A stretch of DNA of 64,000 nucleotides from Octopus sinensis (GCF_006345805.1 NC_043019.1:13267360-13331359), one strand, 5' to 3'; positions 1 through 11,324 are shown, numbered from the stretch's first letter. The notes: generated by a model not told the origin, from the sequence alone. Program-made: numbers and translations.

Positions 1-20
1 CGTATATATAGCATACTGTT

Positions 21-545
21 GGTGCAGGCCTTGTTGGTGGCTACATTTGCTCCCTAACTGCGTGGTTTGTAGTTTCAGTTCCACTGCATGACACCTTGAG
101 CGAGTGTCTTCTATAGCCCCACACTGACCAAGACCTTGCAGTTGGATTTGAGAGATGGGAAACTAAAAGAAGCCTAATATATATATCTGCATCCATATCT
201 CCCTGCATGTGTTTGTGTGTGTGTATATACATGTACATATATTTATATATATATATAGGTATACATGTCTATCTTACATCTATGTATATATGCGTGTTCA
301 TCTCCTCTTGACATCAATGATGGTTATTAGCAAGCATCTTTCTCATACAAATGGTGACCTTCTGTTTCTTGTATTCTGTGAATACATGTCTGGTTATGGG
401 GGAAATATTACCTTGCTTCCAAACAGGTAAGAGTTGGCACCAAGGACAACTGGCTGTAGAAAATCCACTTCGGGGAATTCTGTCCCACCCATGACAGCGT
501 GGAAGAATGGACGTTAAACCTATAATAATGATGATCATGATGATC
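21..545 (+). mobile_element. Diverged SINE-A head (tRNA-like + CORE-like) carrying the family-C-type (GAT)n tail
   Basis: Head tttcagttccactgcatgacaccttgagcgagtgtcttct matches SINE A. The 3' end ...cccatgacagcgtggaagaatggacgttaaa + gat repeats matches family C. Confidence 0.7.
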
Positions 546-809
546 ACACAGACAATTATTCACATACATATCATCATCATCACCATCATCACCATCACCA
601 TCACCATCATCATCATCACCACCACCATCATTATCTCTATGCCCGTTCTTTCCATGTATGCGTGCTTAACAGGTACTTTGACCCTGAAAGATTGAAAGGC
701 AAAATTGACCTTGGCCAAATTTGAACTCTGAATGTAAAGATGGATGATATGCTGTTAAGAATTTTACCTAGCGTGCTTAATGATTCTGTTACCTCACCAT
801 TTTGATAAC

Positions 810-848
<39 letters not shown>

Positions 849-849
<1 letters not shown>

Positions 850-1626
850 AGACTACTCGGAGAGCGCAAACTTCCACCAAGGCAACACCAACATCCTCTT
901 AATGATTAACCAGAGAGGATTTTTAAAAATGAGAATATCTGAAATAAACTCGATTCCACTCACAAACGAGAATACTAAAAAGGAACCTGACCGCTCTCAG
1001 AAATTAAGTAAAAAAACAGGAAAAATAATCCAGAATCCTTGTCTGGTACCAGATCAATCCCAAAATCCCATCAGTTTGTGCCAGTTACTCGTAACTCTTT
1101 TACTCTTTTACTTGTTTCAGTCATTTGACTGCGGCTATGCTGGAGCACCACCTATAGTCGACCAAATCGACCCCCAGGACTTATTCTTTGTAAGCCTAGT
1201 ACTTATTCTATCGGTCTCTTTTGCCGAACCGCTAAGTAACGGGGACGTAAACACACCAGCATCGGTTGTCAAGCAATGCTTGGGGGACAAACACAGACAC
1301 ACAAACACACACGCACGCACACATATATATATATAAATATATACGACAGGCTTCTTTCAGTTTCCGTCTACCAAATACACTCACAAGGCATTGGTCGGCC
1401 CGGGGCTATAGCAGAAGACAGTTGCCCAAGGTGCCACGCAGTAGGACTGAACCCGGAACCATGTGATTGGTTAGCAAGCTACTTACCACACAGCCACTCC
1501 TGCGCCAAACATCCCCCAAAATTTCATCCGAATCCATCCAGCGGTTCTTGAGATATCTTGTCCATGGACAAACAAACTATTACAACTGAAAACAATACCT
1601 CCGCCTTAGCGAAGGCAGAGGTAATA
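849..1626. mobile_element. Non-autonomous Helentron/HINE-like element, interrupted by a SINE A
   Basis: Starts gagagcgcaaacttccaccaaggc and ends in the palindrome tacctccgcctt-agcg-aaggcagaggta. Internal aaatttcatccgaatccatccagcggttcttgagatatc...acaaacaaac is typical of such elements. Class assignment is from resemblance. Confidence 0.55.
1086..1506 (-). mobile_element. SINE A, full-length (tRNA-derived, CORE-like)
   Basis: Reverse complement of 3032-3435; 5' ggcgcaggagtggctgtgtgg, tail gtaaaagagtaaaagagt. Confidence 0.9.
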
Positions 1627-1944
1627 ATCAAAATGCAAATTGCTTTAACCCGTTCCTCAGTTAAAGAGAGGCTGAGCCGATATCGTTTCTGTTACCATAA
1701 CAACAACAAGCCAAGAGACTGGTGTGAATAAACCATATAAAACCGAATGGTAAGAAATCAATGGAATGATGAAGTCATCTCTCTGTTGTTGCTATCCATC
1801 CCAGTTGGCCCAGGAAATCTGCCAAGAATACATTCAAATGGTTCTTATGCACACATGCACACACAAGCATGTATATGTGTGTGTATATATATATATGTAT
1901 ATAAATATATGCAGACATGTGTGTGTTTGTGTTTATATATACTC

Positions 1945-2560
1945 TTTTCGTCTTTTATTCTTTTACTTGTTTCAGTCATGTGATTGTGGCCATGCTGGAG
2001 CACCGCCTTTAGTCGGGCAGATTGACCCCCCCCCCCCCCAGGACTTATACTTTGTAAGCCTAGTACTTATTCTATCGGTCTCTTTTGCCGAACCACTAAA
2101 TTACGGGGATGTAAACACACCAGCATCGGTTGTCAAGTTATCTTGAGGGAACAAACACAAACACACAAACATATACACACATGTACATATATACGACGGG
2201 CTTCTTTCAGTTTCTGTCTACCAAATCCACTCACAAGGCTTTGGTCGGCCCGAGGCTATAGTAGAAGACACTTGCCCAAGGTGCCACGCAGTGGGACTGA
2301 ACCCAGAACCATGTGGTTATATATTGTCTTTTATCTTTAACTTGTTTCAGTCATTAGACTGTGGCCATGCTGGGGCACCACCTTGCAGATTTTTTAGTTG
2401 AATGGATTGACCTCAGCACTAACTATTTTCATTCTTTTCAAGCCTGATACTTATTCTGTCGGTCCATTTTCCCAAAGAGCTAAGTAATGGGGACATAAAC
2501 AGACCAATACCGTTTGTGAGGTGGTTGTGGAGGCGGTGGAAACGCAGACACAAAGACATG
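1945..2560 (-). mobile_element. SINE A (slightly 5'-truncated, 1945-2318) plus the 3' half of an older copy (2325-2560)
   Basis: Direct similarity to 1086-1506. Confidence 0.85.
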
Positions 2561-2994
2561 TTTGAGAAGGGCTTTGTGTCCGACACATCTGATGTGGTTA
2601 TCTCTAGCAGCCGTGGTAGACTTAGTCCTGATTTGATGATGTATCGTCAGGCATCGATCGCTGTTTATTTAATTAGCCCCAGGAGGATGAAAAGAAATAT
2701 TTAATCATTTAATCCTATCAGAACTTGAACTCAACTCAGCGCTCCGACGTTGTAATAATTTCAAACCTTGCACTTTATCATTTTGTGTCGTTGCACTGGC
2801 GTCCTATCACTTTGTTAAATCACTTGGCTCATAAGTCACATTGAGCATCGATCGGGATCATCAATCATTTTAAAGTAATTCCACCCATTTCTATTGGCTG
2901 CAGTGAATCCTTTGTGATATTCCTTCGCAGCTCACGTCCTGATATCCATATCATGTCTTTCCTCGTACGTCATTCTGTCACAGCCTCTCTTGGT

Positions 2995-3031
<37 letters not shown>

Positions 3032-3034
<3 letters not shown>

Positions 3035-3435
3035 AGTGGCTGTGTGGTAAGTAGCTTGCTTACCAACCACATGGTTCCGGGTTCAGTCCCACTGCGTGGC
3101 ACCTTGGGCAAGTGTCTTCTACTACAGCCTCTGGCCGACCAAAGCCTTGTGAGTGGATTTGGTAGATGGAAACTGAAAGAAGCCCGTCGTATATATGTAT
3201 GTATATGTATATATGTATGTGCGTGTTTGTGTGTCTGTGTTTGTCCCCCCAACATTGCTTGACAACCGATGCTGGTGTGTTTACGTCCCTGCAACTTAGC
3301 GGCTCGGCAAAAAAGAGACCGATAAAATAAGTACTAGGCTTACAAAGAATAAGTCCTGGGGCCAATTTGATCGACTAAAGGCGGTGCTCCAGCATGGCCA
3401 CAGTCACATGACTGAAACAAGTAAAAGAGAGTAAA
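3032..3435 (+). mobile_element. SINE A, full-length
   Basis: A-box-like tggctgtgtggt, B-box-like gttcagtccc (3081-3090), CORE-like accttgggcaagt (3101-3113), central (TA/TG)n, tail ggtgctccagcatggccacagtcacatgactgaaacaagtaaaagag. Confidence 0.9.
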
Positions 3436-3447
3436 AAAAAAAGAGAG

Positions 3448-3480
<33 letters not shown>

Positions 3481-3943
3481 CATGTAACGGCCAAAATCTA
3501 GAAGCTTCTCCTTCATCGAAATCCTTCTAATGGATTAACGCATCTTTAAAAAACAGCACCGCACGACAGTTGTTGACCTGTCTGCAGGGCGGCGTTGTAA
3601 TCACGTTGTTTTGCATTGCGTCGTGTTTGTCGTCTCAGACTCTTAAGAACAAACAGACAGTCTTTCTCTCGTCTTTTTCCTTTCAATCACTCGTTATTAA
3701 CGCACGGCTTTTATTAGCTCTCGTCACAAAAGAGGCTTTCATTAAAGATCAGCTTTCAAATAAAAACCTATTAGCTTGTCAGTGACTCTGCGGTCAAACT
3801 GTCAACCCAGAAGGAGATGAGCTGAGCAGGAATAATTCCTCCGATAGAACAGATATTAGCTGGAAATTTAGTAATAATTTCTGTCTTGTTACATGTACTG
3901 AACAAATAATATCAATCAAGTGTTGTTGGGACAAGCTACGAAT

Positions 3944-4367
3944 GAGAGAGGGGGGGAGGAGAGCAAAAGAGAGGGGTGAGAGGAGAGCAAAAGAGAGGGA
4001 GAGAGAGGGGAAGGATAGCAAAAGAGGGAGAGAAAGGGGGGAGAGGAGAGCAAAAGAGAGAGAGAAAGGGGGAGAGGAGAGCAAAAGAGAGGGAGAGAGG
4101 ATGGAGAGGAGAGCAAAAGAGAGGGAGAGAAAGGGAGAGAGGAGAGCAAAAGAGAGGGGAAGGAGAGCAAAAGAGAGGGAGAGGGGATGGAGAGGAGAGC
4201 AAAAGAGAGGGAAAGGAGAGCGAAAGAGGGGGAGAGGAGAGCAAAAGAGAGAGAAAGGGGGAGAGGAGAGCAAAAGAGAGAGAGAGAGAAAGGGGAGAGG
4301 GAGAGAGGATGGAGAGGAGAGCAAAAGAGAGGGAGAGAAAGGGGGAAGGAGAGCGTAAGAGGGAGAG
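3944..4367. repeat. Polypurine minisatellite, unit about 30 bp
   Basis: Recurrent gagaggagagcaaaagaga core, more than 10 copies; the + strand is almost only A/G. Confidence 0.95.
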
Positions 4368-5035
4368 TTATAAGTTATTAGCTTGGAGTTTTCTCTTGGT
4401 GATTGCATTTCTTGTTTTTCCAAATGATGGTCTTAATACACAACTGACTTTTTAACACATTCTTCCTCGTTATTATTGCCTCTCCGTCTCAACATAAATT
4501 GAATTCCATTTGAAAAGGCACTTGTAATGTTTCCCCCCTGACGAGTGGGTCGGTGGGTGGGTGGACAGGTGGGTAATTGGATGGTGCTGTGTGTGTTGGT
4601 GGAGAAAAAGGGGTGGCTGGTGGCTGCTTGAAAAATATAACCTATCTTTGACCAGTGTCTCTGCTGAATGGTCACTGCTGAAGGATGACAGCAGTGGTAG
4701 TGAAGGTGGTGATGGTGGTGGTAGTGGGTAATTAGTAGAAATACTTCTAGATTGAGAGTGTGGGGAGAGGATATTCTTAGACCAATAATTGCAGATGTCA
4801 TCAGTGACCCCCCACCACACACACACACATACATACACACAGCCAACATCACTTTCTTTGTCTCCCAACCTTTGACCATACATATGCATATATATGTGCT
4901 TATATACACACATATATGTGTATGTGTGTTTGTGTGTGTACACACCCATTATACACACATACATATATACATGGACACACACACACACACATCTAGTATA
5001 TACACACACATATATACATACATATATATAGACAC

Positions 5036-5410
5036 ACAAACACACATCCATACATGCACACACACACACACACACACATCCATACATGCACACACACACA
5101 TCCATACATGCACACACAGACACACACACATCCATACATGCACACACACATCCATACAGGCACACACACACACACATCCATACAGGCACACACACACACA
5201 CGCACAGACACACACACATCCATACATGCAGACACACACATCCATACATGCACACACACACATCCATGCACACACACACATCCATACATGCACACACACG
5301 CACAGACACACACACATCCATACATGCACACACACACATCCATACATGCACACACACATCCATACATACACACACACATCCATACATGCACACACACACA
5401 CACACACATA
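5036..5410. repeat. (CA)n-based minisatellite with catccatacatg core
   Basis: Repeated cacacacatccatacatgca. Confidence 0.95.
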
Positions 5411-5991
5411 TGATTATATGTATGTGTATGTATATGGGTGTGTGTGTGTGTGTGTGTATTTCACTTTCAGTCACAGCATTTTACAATTTACAACCACTGT
5501 CACGGCAACAGCGACAGCAGCAACAACAGCAGTGTGTTTGGAAGATGATTTCGCTTGGCTGTCTTTTACGTGTAATTCATATACTTGATGTTGATAACAT
5601 CTTGACAAATGTCTATGTTTAATACTTTGCCATTTTACTAAGCTAAAACGAGGTAGCTTATATAATTAATTATTTTCACTTCTGAAGAAAAGAAATAAAT
5701 GAACGCAAAGAAATAAAAATCTAAAAAAAAAAAAAAAAACCTACCCTAATCAATAAACGTAAAATAGATGTTTCTTCTCATCATTGTTGTTGCTGCTGCT
5801 GCTGTTGTTGTTGTTGTTGTCATTGTTTCTTGTTGTTGCTGTTGTTGTTCCTTTTTACAGTTTCACTTTAGAATCATTCAAGTTTCCAGAATTGATTTCC
5901 AATAAACTATCCATGGATTCTCCTTCCCGATTTTTCACCTACACACTTACACTCCACCACTACCAAAGTCACTACCGCTGTCCTTTTGCTT

Positions 5992-6033
<42 letters not shown>

Positions 6034-6540
6034 CTTCCTTTGTCACTAACAAACTACACAGCTCAACATTCTAAATCTGACCTGTAAAATACAATGTACA
6101 AATCAAGCTTTATTGACAGACTAATCTTCGGTAGTATTTTTATCTGATCCCCAAGTGTATAGCCTTACTATTGAAAGGTGATAGCTTTTTCGGAACCAGT
6201 ATTTTCTGGCAGCAAATCTCCACTTTATTTATTTATTTATTCATTTATTTTCTCCCCATCACCATCATCTTCCTCCACATCGTCATTTTCCTTCTCCCAC
6301 TCTTCCTCATCACCATTATTGTCTTCTAAGACACAGTTTTACATCTTGCTGACTGTCGCTAAGATTTTCAGCTGGATTTTCAGTGCAAGTATACGACATT
6401 TTAAAAGTTCTTCGTTTGCATTGTCTTGTGATGCAGTTTCTAATTAAGTGAGAGATTTATGATGTTTTCGATGTTGCTCTTATTGTGGCTGTTGTTTAGC
6501 CCTTGGTCAGCTCTGGTTTTGCAGAACCATGATCACAAGC

Positions 6541-6886
6541 TTTCTTTACTAGTTTCAGCCTGAGAGATGCGGCCATGCTGGAGCACCACTTTCAGCTTTG
6601 CTACACTTTCACTTAAACCTCCTCTGATATGTGGCATTTGAGTGATGAGGGAGTTTGATGTTGCTGCCCTCATCTACGTTTCATGTCACATGGAAGGTTC
6701 TTGTGGAAATCTTGACAGGATGGGATCCAGTTTTGTTTTGTAGACACCTATGTTCACCCTATGTAGGTCTCTCAGGCTTTGTGCAAGGATTTTGAAGAGC
6801 TGTGGGCCCTTGAAGCCAAAGCTGTTGCAGTGTCTGGTCCTATACCCTGATGGAAATGTTGGGGTTTTTGGTACTATGCAGTACCT
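6541..6886 (-). mobile_element. 3' fragment of a CR1-like LINE (degenerate ORF2 C-terminus + 3' tail)
   Basis: 6886->6632 translates RYCIVPKTPTFPSGYRTRHCNSFGFKGPQLFKILAQSLRDLHRVNIGVYKTKLDPILSRFPQEPSM*HET*MRAATSNSLITQMP. This resembles the NS..GP.LFN.LP..R..FK..LD..L..PD.P..RAA.SNSL end of invertebrate CR1-type ORF2; two in-frame stops. Confidence 0.75.
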
Positions 6887-6984
6887 TTCACCTTCATTTC
6901 TTTCTTTCAGACAAAATGTATCAAGGACTATAAAACAGAGAGTTACTTACTTGCAAATAAATGTGTTAACATGTGATATTATTG

Positions 6985-7255
6985 ACTGAGGTTACCGTGG
7001 TCTTTTCCGTAGGCTTTTCTTTCCACGGATAAACCTTATCTGCTTCCCCCTTTACACTTTACATCATGACATTTCTGTGATACACGATCCCTATTGATTG
7101 TTTTTTTCTTTTCTTTATTCTTTTTTTTCTTTCCTTTTTACGATCCCTTTTGATCAAAAACCTACCCCACTTTTTTTTGCTCCCCAAAAAGAAAAACTCT
7201 ACTTTGTAATTTGTCCCGTCTGTGTTCAGCCCTGTGTGGCTAATAAAGAAACATA
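6985..7255 (+). mobile_element. 3' UTR remnant of a LINE (possibly L1/Tx1 group)
   Basis: Pyrimidine-rich UTR ending ttgtcccgtctgtgttcagccctgtgtggctaataaagaaa; a related end lies at 51684-51886 (-). Clade is inference. Confidence 0.55.
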
Positions 7256-7301
7256 TCTATCTATCTATCTATCTATATATATTTATATTTATATATATAT
7301 A

Positions 7302-7489
7302 CTGCACCATGATAGATCGTTAGCCACTACACACATTTTTTCTCTCCTCGTTTTTTCTGTGTCCCTTTCCGTAGAAGAGCATAGGCTTGAAATGTAAAAG
7401 ACTTTTTCTATTCCTGACTGTTATACTAATACATCTGTTTGTTTTGTACACCACCTGTCTTCGTCTTTTGTTTTCTCGTAAACTCTCCC

Positions 7490-7490
<1 letters not shown>
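7302..7490 (+). mobile_element. Penelope-like pLTR remnant in (TA)n with a decayed minimal hammerhead
   Basis: Flanked by (TA)n on both sides. The 3' part atactaatacatctgtttg...ccacctgtcttcgtcttttg...cgtaaac is shared with 50351-50440 (-). Hammerhead-like architecture at 7365-7400. Confidence 0.6.
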
Positions 7491-7530
<40 letters not shown>

Positions 7531-8339
7531 GTGTGTGTGTAGACACACTCCTACATATATATTAATTGATGATGATGATATATATATAATTTCTAAAGAT
7601 GGAAGGTGCTTCTACTTAAAATACTCTGCCGATCCATGCTTCCTATTGTATTTCTCAGGCGTCACTACTTAAATACATTTGACTCAAAGGAAGGAAGCAA
7701 GTTCAAATTTCAGTATAGCGACCAATCTCATTAACACTTTCAATGCCAGTCCACCCAAGACCTCCTCTGTTTAAACGTGCTTATATTTTAATTGAAAATC
7801 TTAGAACAAAAGAAAAAAAGAAAAAGAGGCCCGCCTTCGTTATTTTAAACACAGAGAAAGGAAATGAATTCAGATTTCAATGAATTTATGCCACCTCGTT
7901 ACCAATCTGCCCAGAATCACATTAATTAAAGTTTTTATTACAACAATTACTTGAATTTTATGCTGGTCGTTACCAACCTTAGGTATAGATGCAATGAAGT
8001 TAGAAATGGTGTTATGTCACTGATTAGGGTCGTTGGGTCCATGGTTATGTTGAGCCACTTGTTTTGAAGGGCTTTTTCGGTTTTTAATTAATGGTATCCA
8101 CCCCAGTACTTACTTTTTGTTCTGACTTCTTTTTTTTTTTGGTTGTGGGGGCGGGATTTTATTCTGACTTATCTTATCAATCTCCATTTGTTGTGGAACT
8201 GCTAAGTTACAGGAAATAAACGAAAAATAAACCAACAAGGGCATGTTCAGGACATTGTTAGTGTAAGAACAAACATAATGTCTATATAAAATATGTACAC
8301 ACATTTATATGTGGGTGTGTTTCTACACATAAACATACA

Positions 8340-8683
8340 TGTCGCCTTACTGGCACTTGTGCTGGTGGCACGTGAAAAAACATTCGAGTGAGGTCATTGC
8401 CAGTGCCGTTGGACTGGCTCCTGTGCAGGTGACACATAAAAGGCACCATGTGAGCGTGGTCATTGCCAGTACCACCTAACTGGCCCTCGTGCCAGTGGCA
8501 TATAAAAAGCACCTACTACACTCTCGGAGTGGTTGGTGTTAGGAAGAGCATCCAGCTGTAGAAACTCTGCCAGATCAGATTGGTGTCTGGTGCAGCCATC
8601 TGGTTCACCAGCCGTCAGTTAAATCGTCCAACCCATGTTAGCATGGAAAATGGATGTTAAACAATGATGATAATGATGATGAT
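8340..8683 (+). mobile_element. Family C retroposon (internal hairpin cassettes, ggaagggcatccagctgtag block, (GAT)n tail)
   Basis: Shared with copies at 11622, 27050, 40175, 41935 and 49548. Confidence 0.85.
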
Positions 8684-8959
8684 AAATATACATGTACATA
8701 TATATACGTATGTATATGTGTGTATGTATGTATATATATATATATTATATATATATATATATTATATATATATATATACATATATATATAAACATTCACA
8801 CACACATATACACGTTCCATATGAACAATTACAGTTTTTAAATTTTAATGTGGCACCAGCTCTTATGTGGTTGTCATGCAGCTTGTAAGATTAAGAATAG
8901 GATATTAGTCTTGCAAGCTACATGCCAGATCTTCCTAGTATTCATGCTACAAAAGCATG

Positions 8960-9722
8960 CAGCAGAGATTGCATTCACTGCCCTGCTGACCTAACTTGTA
9001 AAGAAATAAAATTAGATAAGAAATTATTAATATGTTATTCAGGGTCTAAACTTAATCGGTGTAGATAGAATGAAATTTTTGGTTGAAACATTTAGCTGCA
9101 AATATCCTGATTAGACAGTGGCTGGTTGTATTGATTTTGCTTGTCTTAAGAAGAACCAGCAACGGGAGTTGCTTTCACTGCCTTACTGACCCAAGACTAA
9201 CTTGTCAGAAAATGAAATTGGGAATCAAAATATCGTCCAGGATAGAAACTTAAGCTCTAGTAGATGAAATGAAGGACTGGCTCAAAACATTTACTTGGAA
9301 ATGTCCCTGACTTGGCAGTGGCTGGCTTCATCAGTCTTGCTTCTCCCAATAAGAACCAGCCACAAAAGTTGGATTCACTGTCCTGCTAGCCCCTGACTAA
9401 CTTGTAAAGAAATAAGATTGAGAAACAAATTATTAATATCATCATCCCAACAGGATTGAAACTTAGTTAGCGGTAGATGAAATGAAATCTTGGTTGAAGC
9501 ATTTACCTGCAAAATGCTCTGGCTAGTCTTTGGCTGGCTGCATCAGTTTTGCTTGCATGAAGCGGAAATGGCAATGAAAGTTGTACTCACTGCCTTGCTA
9601 ACACTAAACTAACTTATAAAGGAACAAAATTGGGGAAACAAACTCTTTCTGAATATCATCTGGGATTGGAGCTTGGATCAATGACGGATGAAATAAAATT
9701 CTATACAAAACACTTAGTCAGG
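8960..9722. repeat. Degenerate tandem array, period about 200-212 bp, about 3.7 copies
   Basis: Anchor (t/c)tcactg at 8974, 9174, 9374, 9586; shared ctaacttgt..aga(a)aat, agatgaaatgaa and ggctgg blocks. Confidence 0.85.
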
Positions 9723-9764
9723 CTCTCTCCATCCATCTCTCTCTCTCCCTCTCTCTTTCTCCCT

Positions 9765-9818
<54 letters not shown>

Positions 9819-10273
9819 ACCATATCTGATGCCACAACCTCTTGTCTGTCCTTGACATTGTGGAATGTGAAGTGGGGTGGATTTCTTGGCAAAGAATGTT
9901 AATCATTCGAAGAATGTTGAAATTTTTTAAATAACCCACCCACCTTACGGGATGCGCCCATGCAGCGCAGTTGCACACAGCTGCATATATGTGTGAGGTA
10001 TGCAGCAAAATCTATATTAATATAGATGTGTCTGGTGGCATTTATTAATTAGTAACAAATAAAACACAACTAACTTCTTCTAGTTTGATCCTGTTTGATA
10101 ATTCAACATATTTATAAGCACACACATAGAGACACACTCAGAGACACACACACAGATGCATTTGTGTGTGTATATATATATGTATACACATATTCATATA
10201 CATGTACATACACACGTATACATGTATCTGTATGCATGTGTATATACATGTATGTATATACATACACTCACAC

Positions 10274-10318
<45 letters not shown>

Positions 10319-10705
10319 TTTACATGTATGTATACATGATATAGTTACATATGTATATGTGTGTGTGTATGTGTACATGAATATATGCATGAGAGTATAT
10401 ACACATACACACATATTCACGCATACATAAATACATGCATTTACACATTTGCAGACATTCACATGTATTTTGATAAATTGCTCTGAATGTGCGTGCGTAT
10501 ATAACTGTGTGTATATGTGTGTGTTGAGTACACGAATGCTGCCATTCTACATAGCTTAATTAAAAGCTCCTGCTACTTGATATAGAAATTTGTCATTAAT
10601 GAAGCGATCTCATTATCTCCTTTCTTATTCTAATGGAATTTCCTTTAATGGTTCAATTAATATCCTCCCCCTCTCTCTCCCCCTCCCCGTCTCCCCTTCT
10701 CTCTA

Positions 10706-10742
<37 letters not shown>

Positions 10743-11324
10743 CTCTCTCTCTCTAACTCATAAGTCAGTGAAATTACTTTGTTTACGCGCTAAACAGTCT
10801 GTTGCACATTTATCTGCCATTTGCTCCCTCACCCCGTCTGCCCGGTCTTCCCTCCCCACCTCGCCCCACTCCTCTCGCTCTCTTCGTTCGTTAATACCTG
10901 CTGATGAAGCAGAGAGCAGGTGCTTGTTCGCTTCCATTCTCCTTAACAAGGAAGACTTCAGATGAAACATTAGCAAGCTATCGGAATCAACTCTCATGAT
11001 GCAAGCTCTCCGTATAACTCAATCCGTTGTGAGATTTCGGAAAGGACTTTGTAATACGGGTCTCCATAGAACTTAGTCCGTTGCCACGTTTTCCAGCATA
11101 GAAACCAGATTTCTGCATGCCAAAATTTACGAAATTTACAAGCGTATGTCGACTTTTATGCCAAGATGACTAAGCCTAGAATTACTTTGCTGAACCGCTA
11201 AGTCGTGGGGACATAAACACAACAACACCTGTAGTGTAGGCGCAGTGGCCCAGTGGTTAGGACAGCGGACTCGCGGTTGTAATAATTCTGCCAGCTTGCT
11301 GCCTTAATAATAATAAGAAGAATA

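Noticed and set aside
902-1551. Recurrent peptides such as ASFSFRLPNPLTR..RRHLPKVPRSGTEP and YDRLLSVSVYQIHSQG
   Set aside because: Translations of SINE A; they recur wherever the SINE occurs.
3032-3110. tRNA gene-like A/B boxes (also at 48425 and 53890)
   Set aside because: They continue into SINE bodies and lack a full cloverleaf; these are SINE heads, not tRNA genes.
4433-5622. Long overlapping ORFs (up to 333 aa) rich in CV/HT, and similar YI, I/L, S/L ORFs throughout the window
   Set aside because: These are translations of microsatellites, open in several frames on both strands, with no domain content.
6076-6110. Minus-strand ttttacag|gtcaga, plus + strand tgtcag|gtaatc (about 27735) and caacag|gtaaaa (about 22845), as further recursive sites
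   Set aside because: Weaker donors and/or short pyrimidine tracts; expected by chance in AT-rich DNA.
10901-10970. CTGATGA...GAAAC hammerhead-like words (also CTGACGA at about 60599)
   Set aside because: I could not form stems I-III in the required register.
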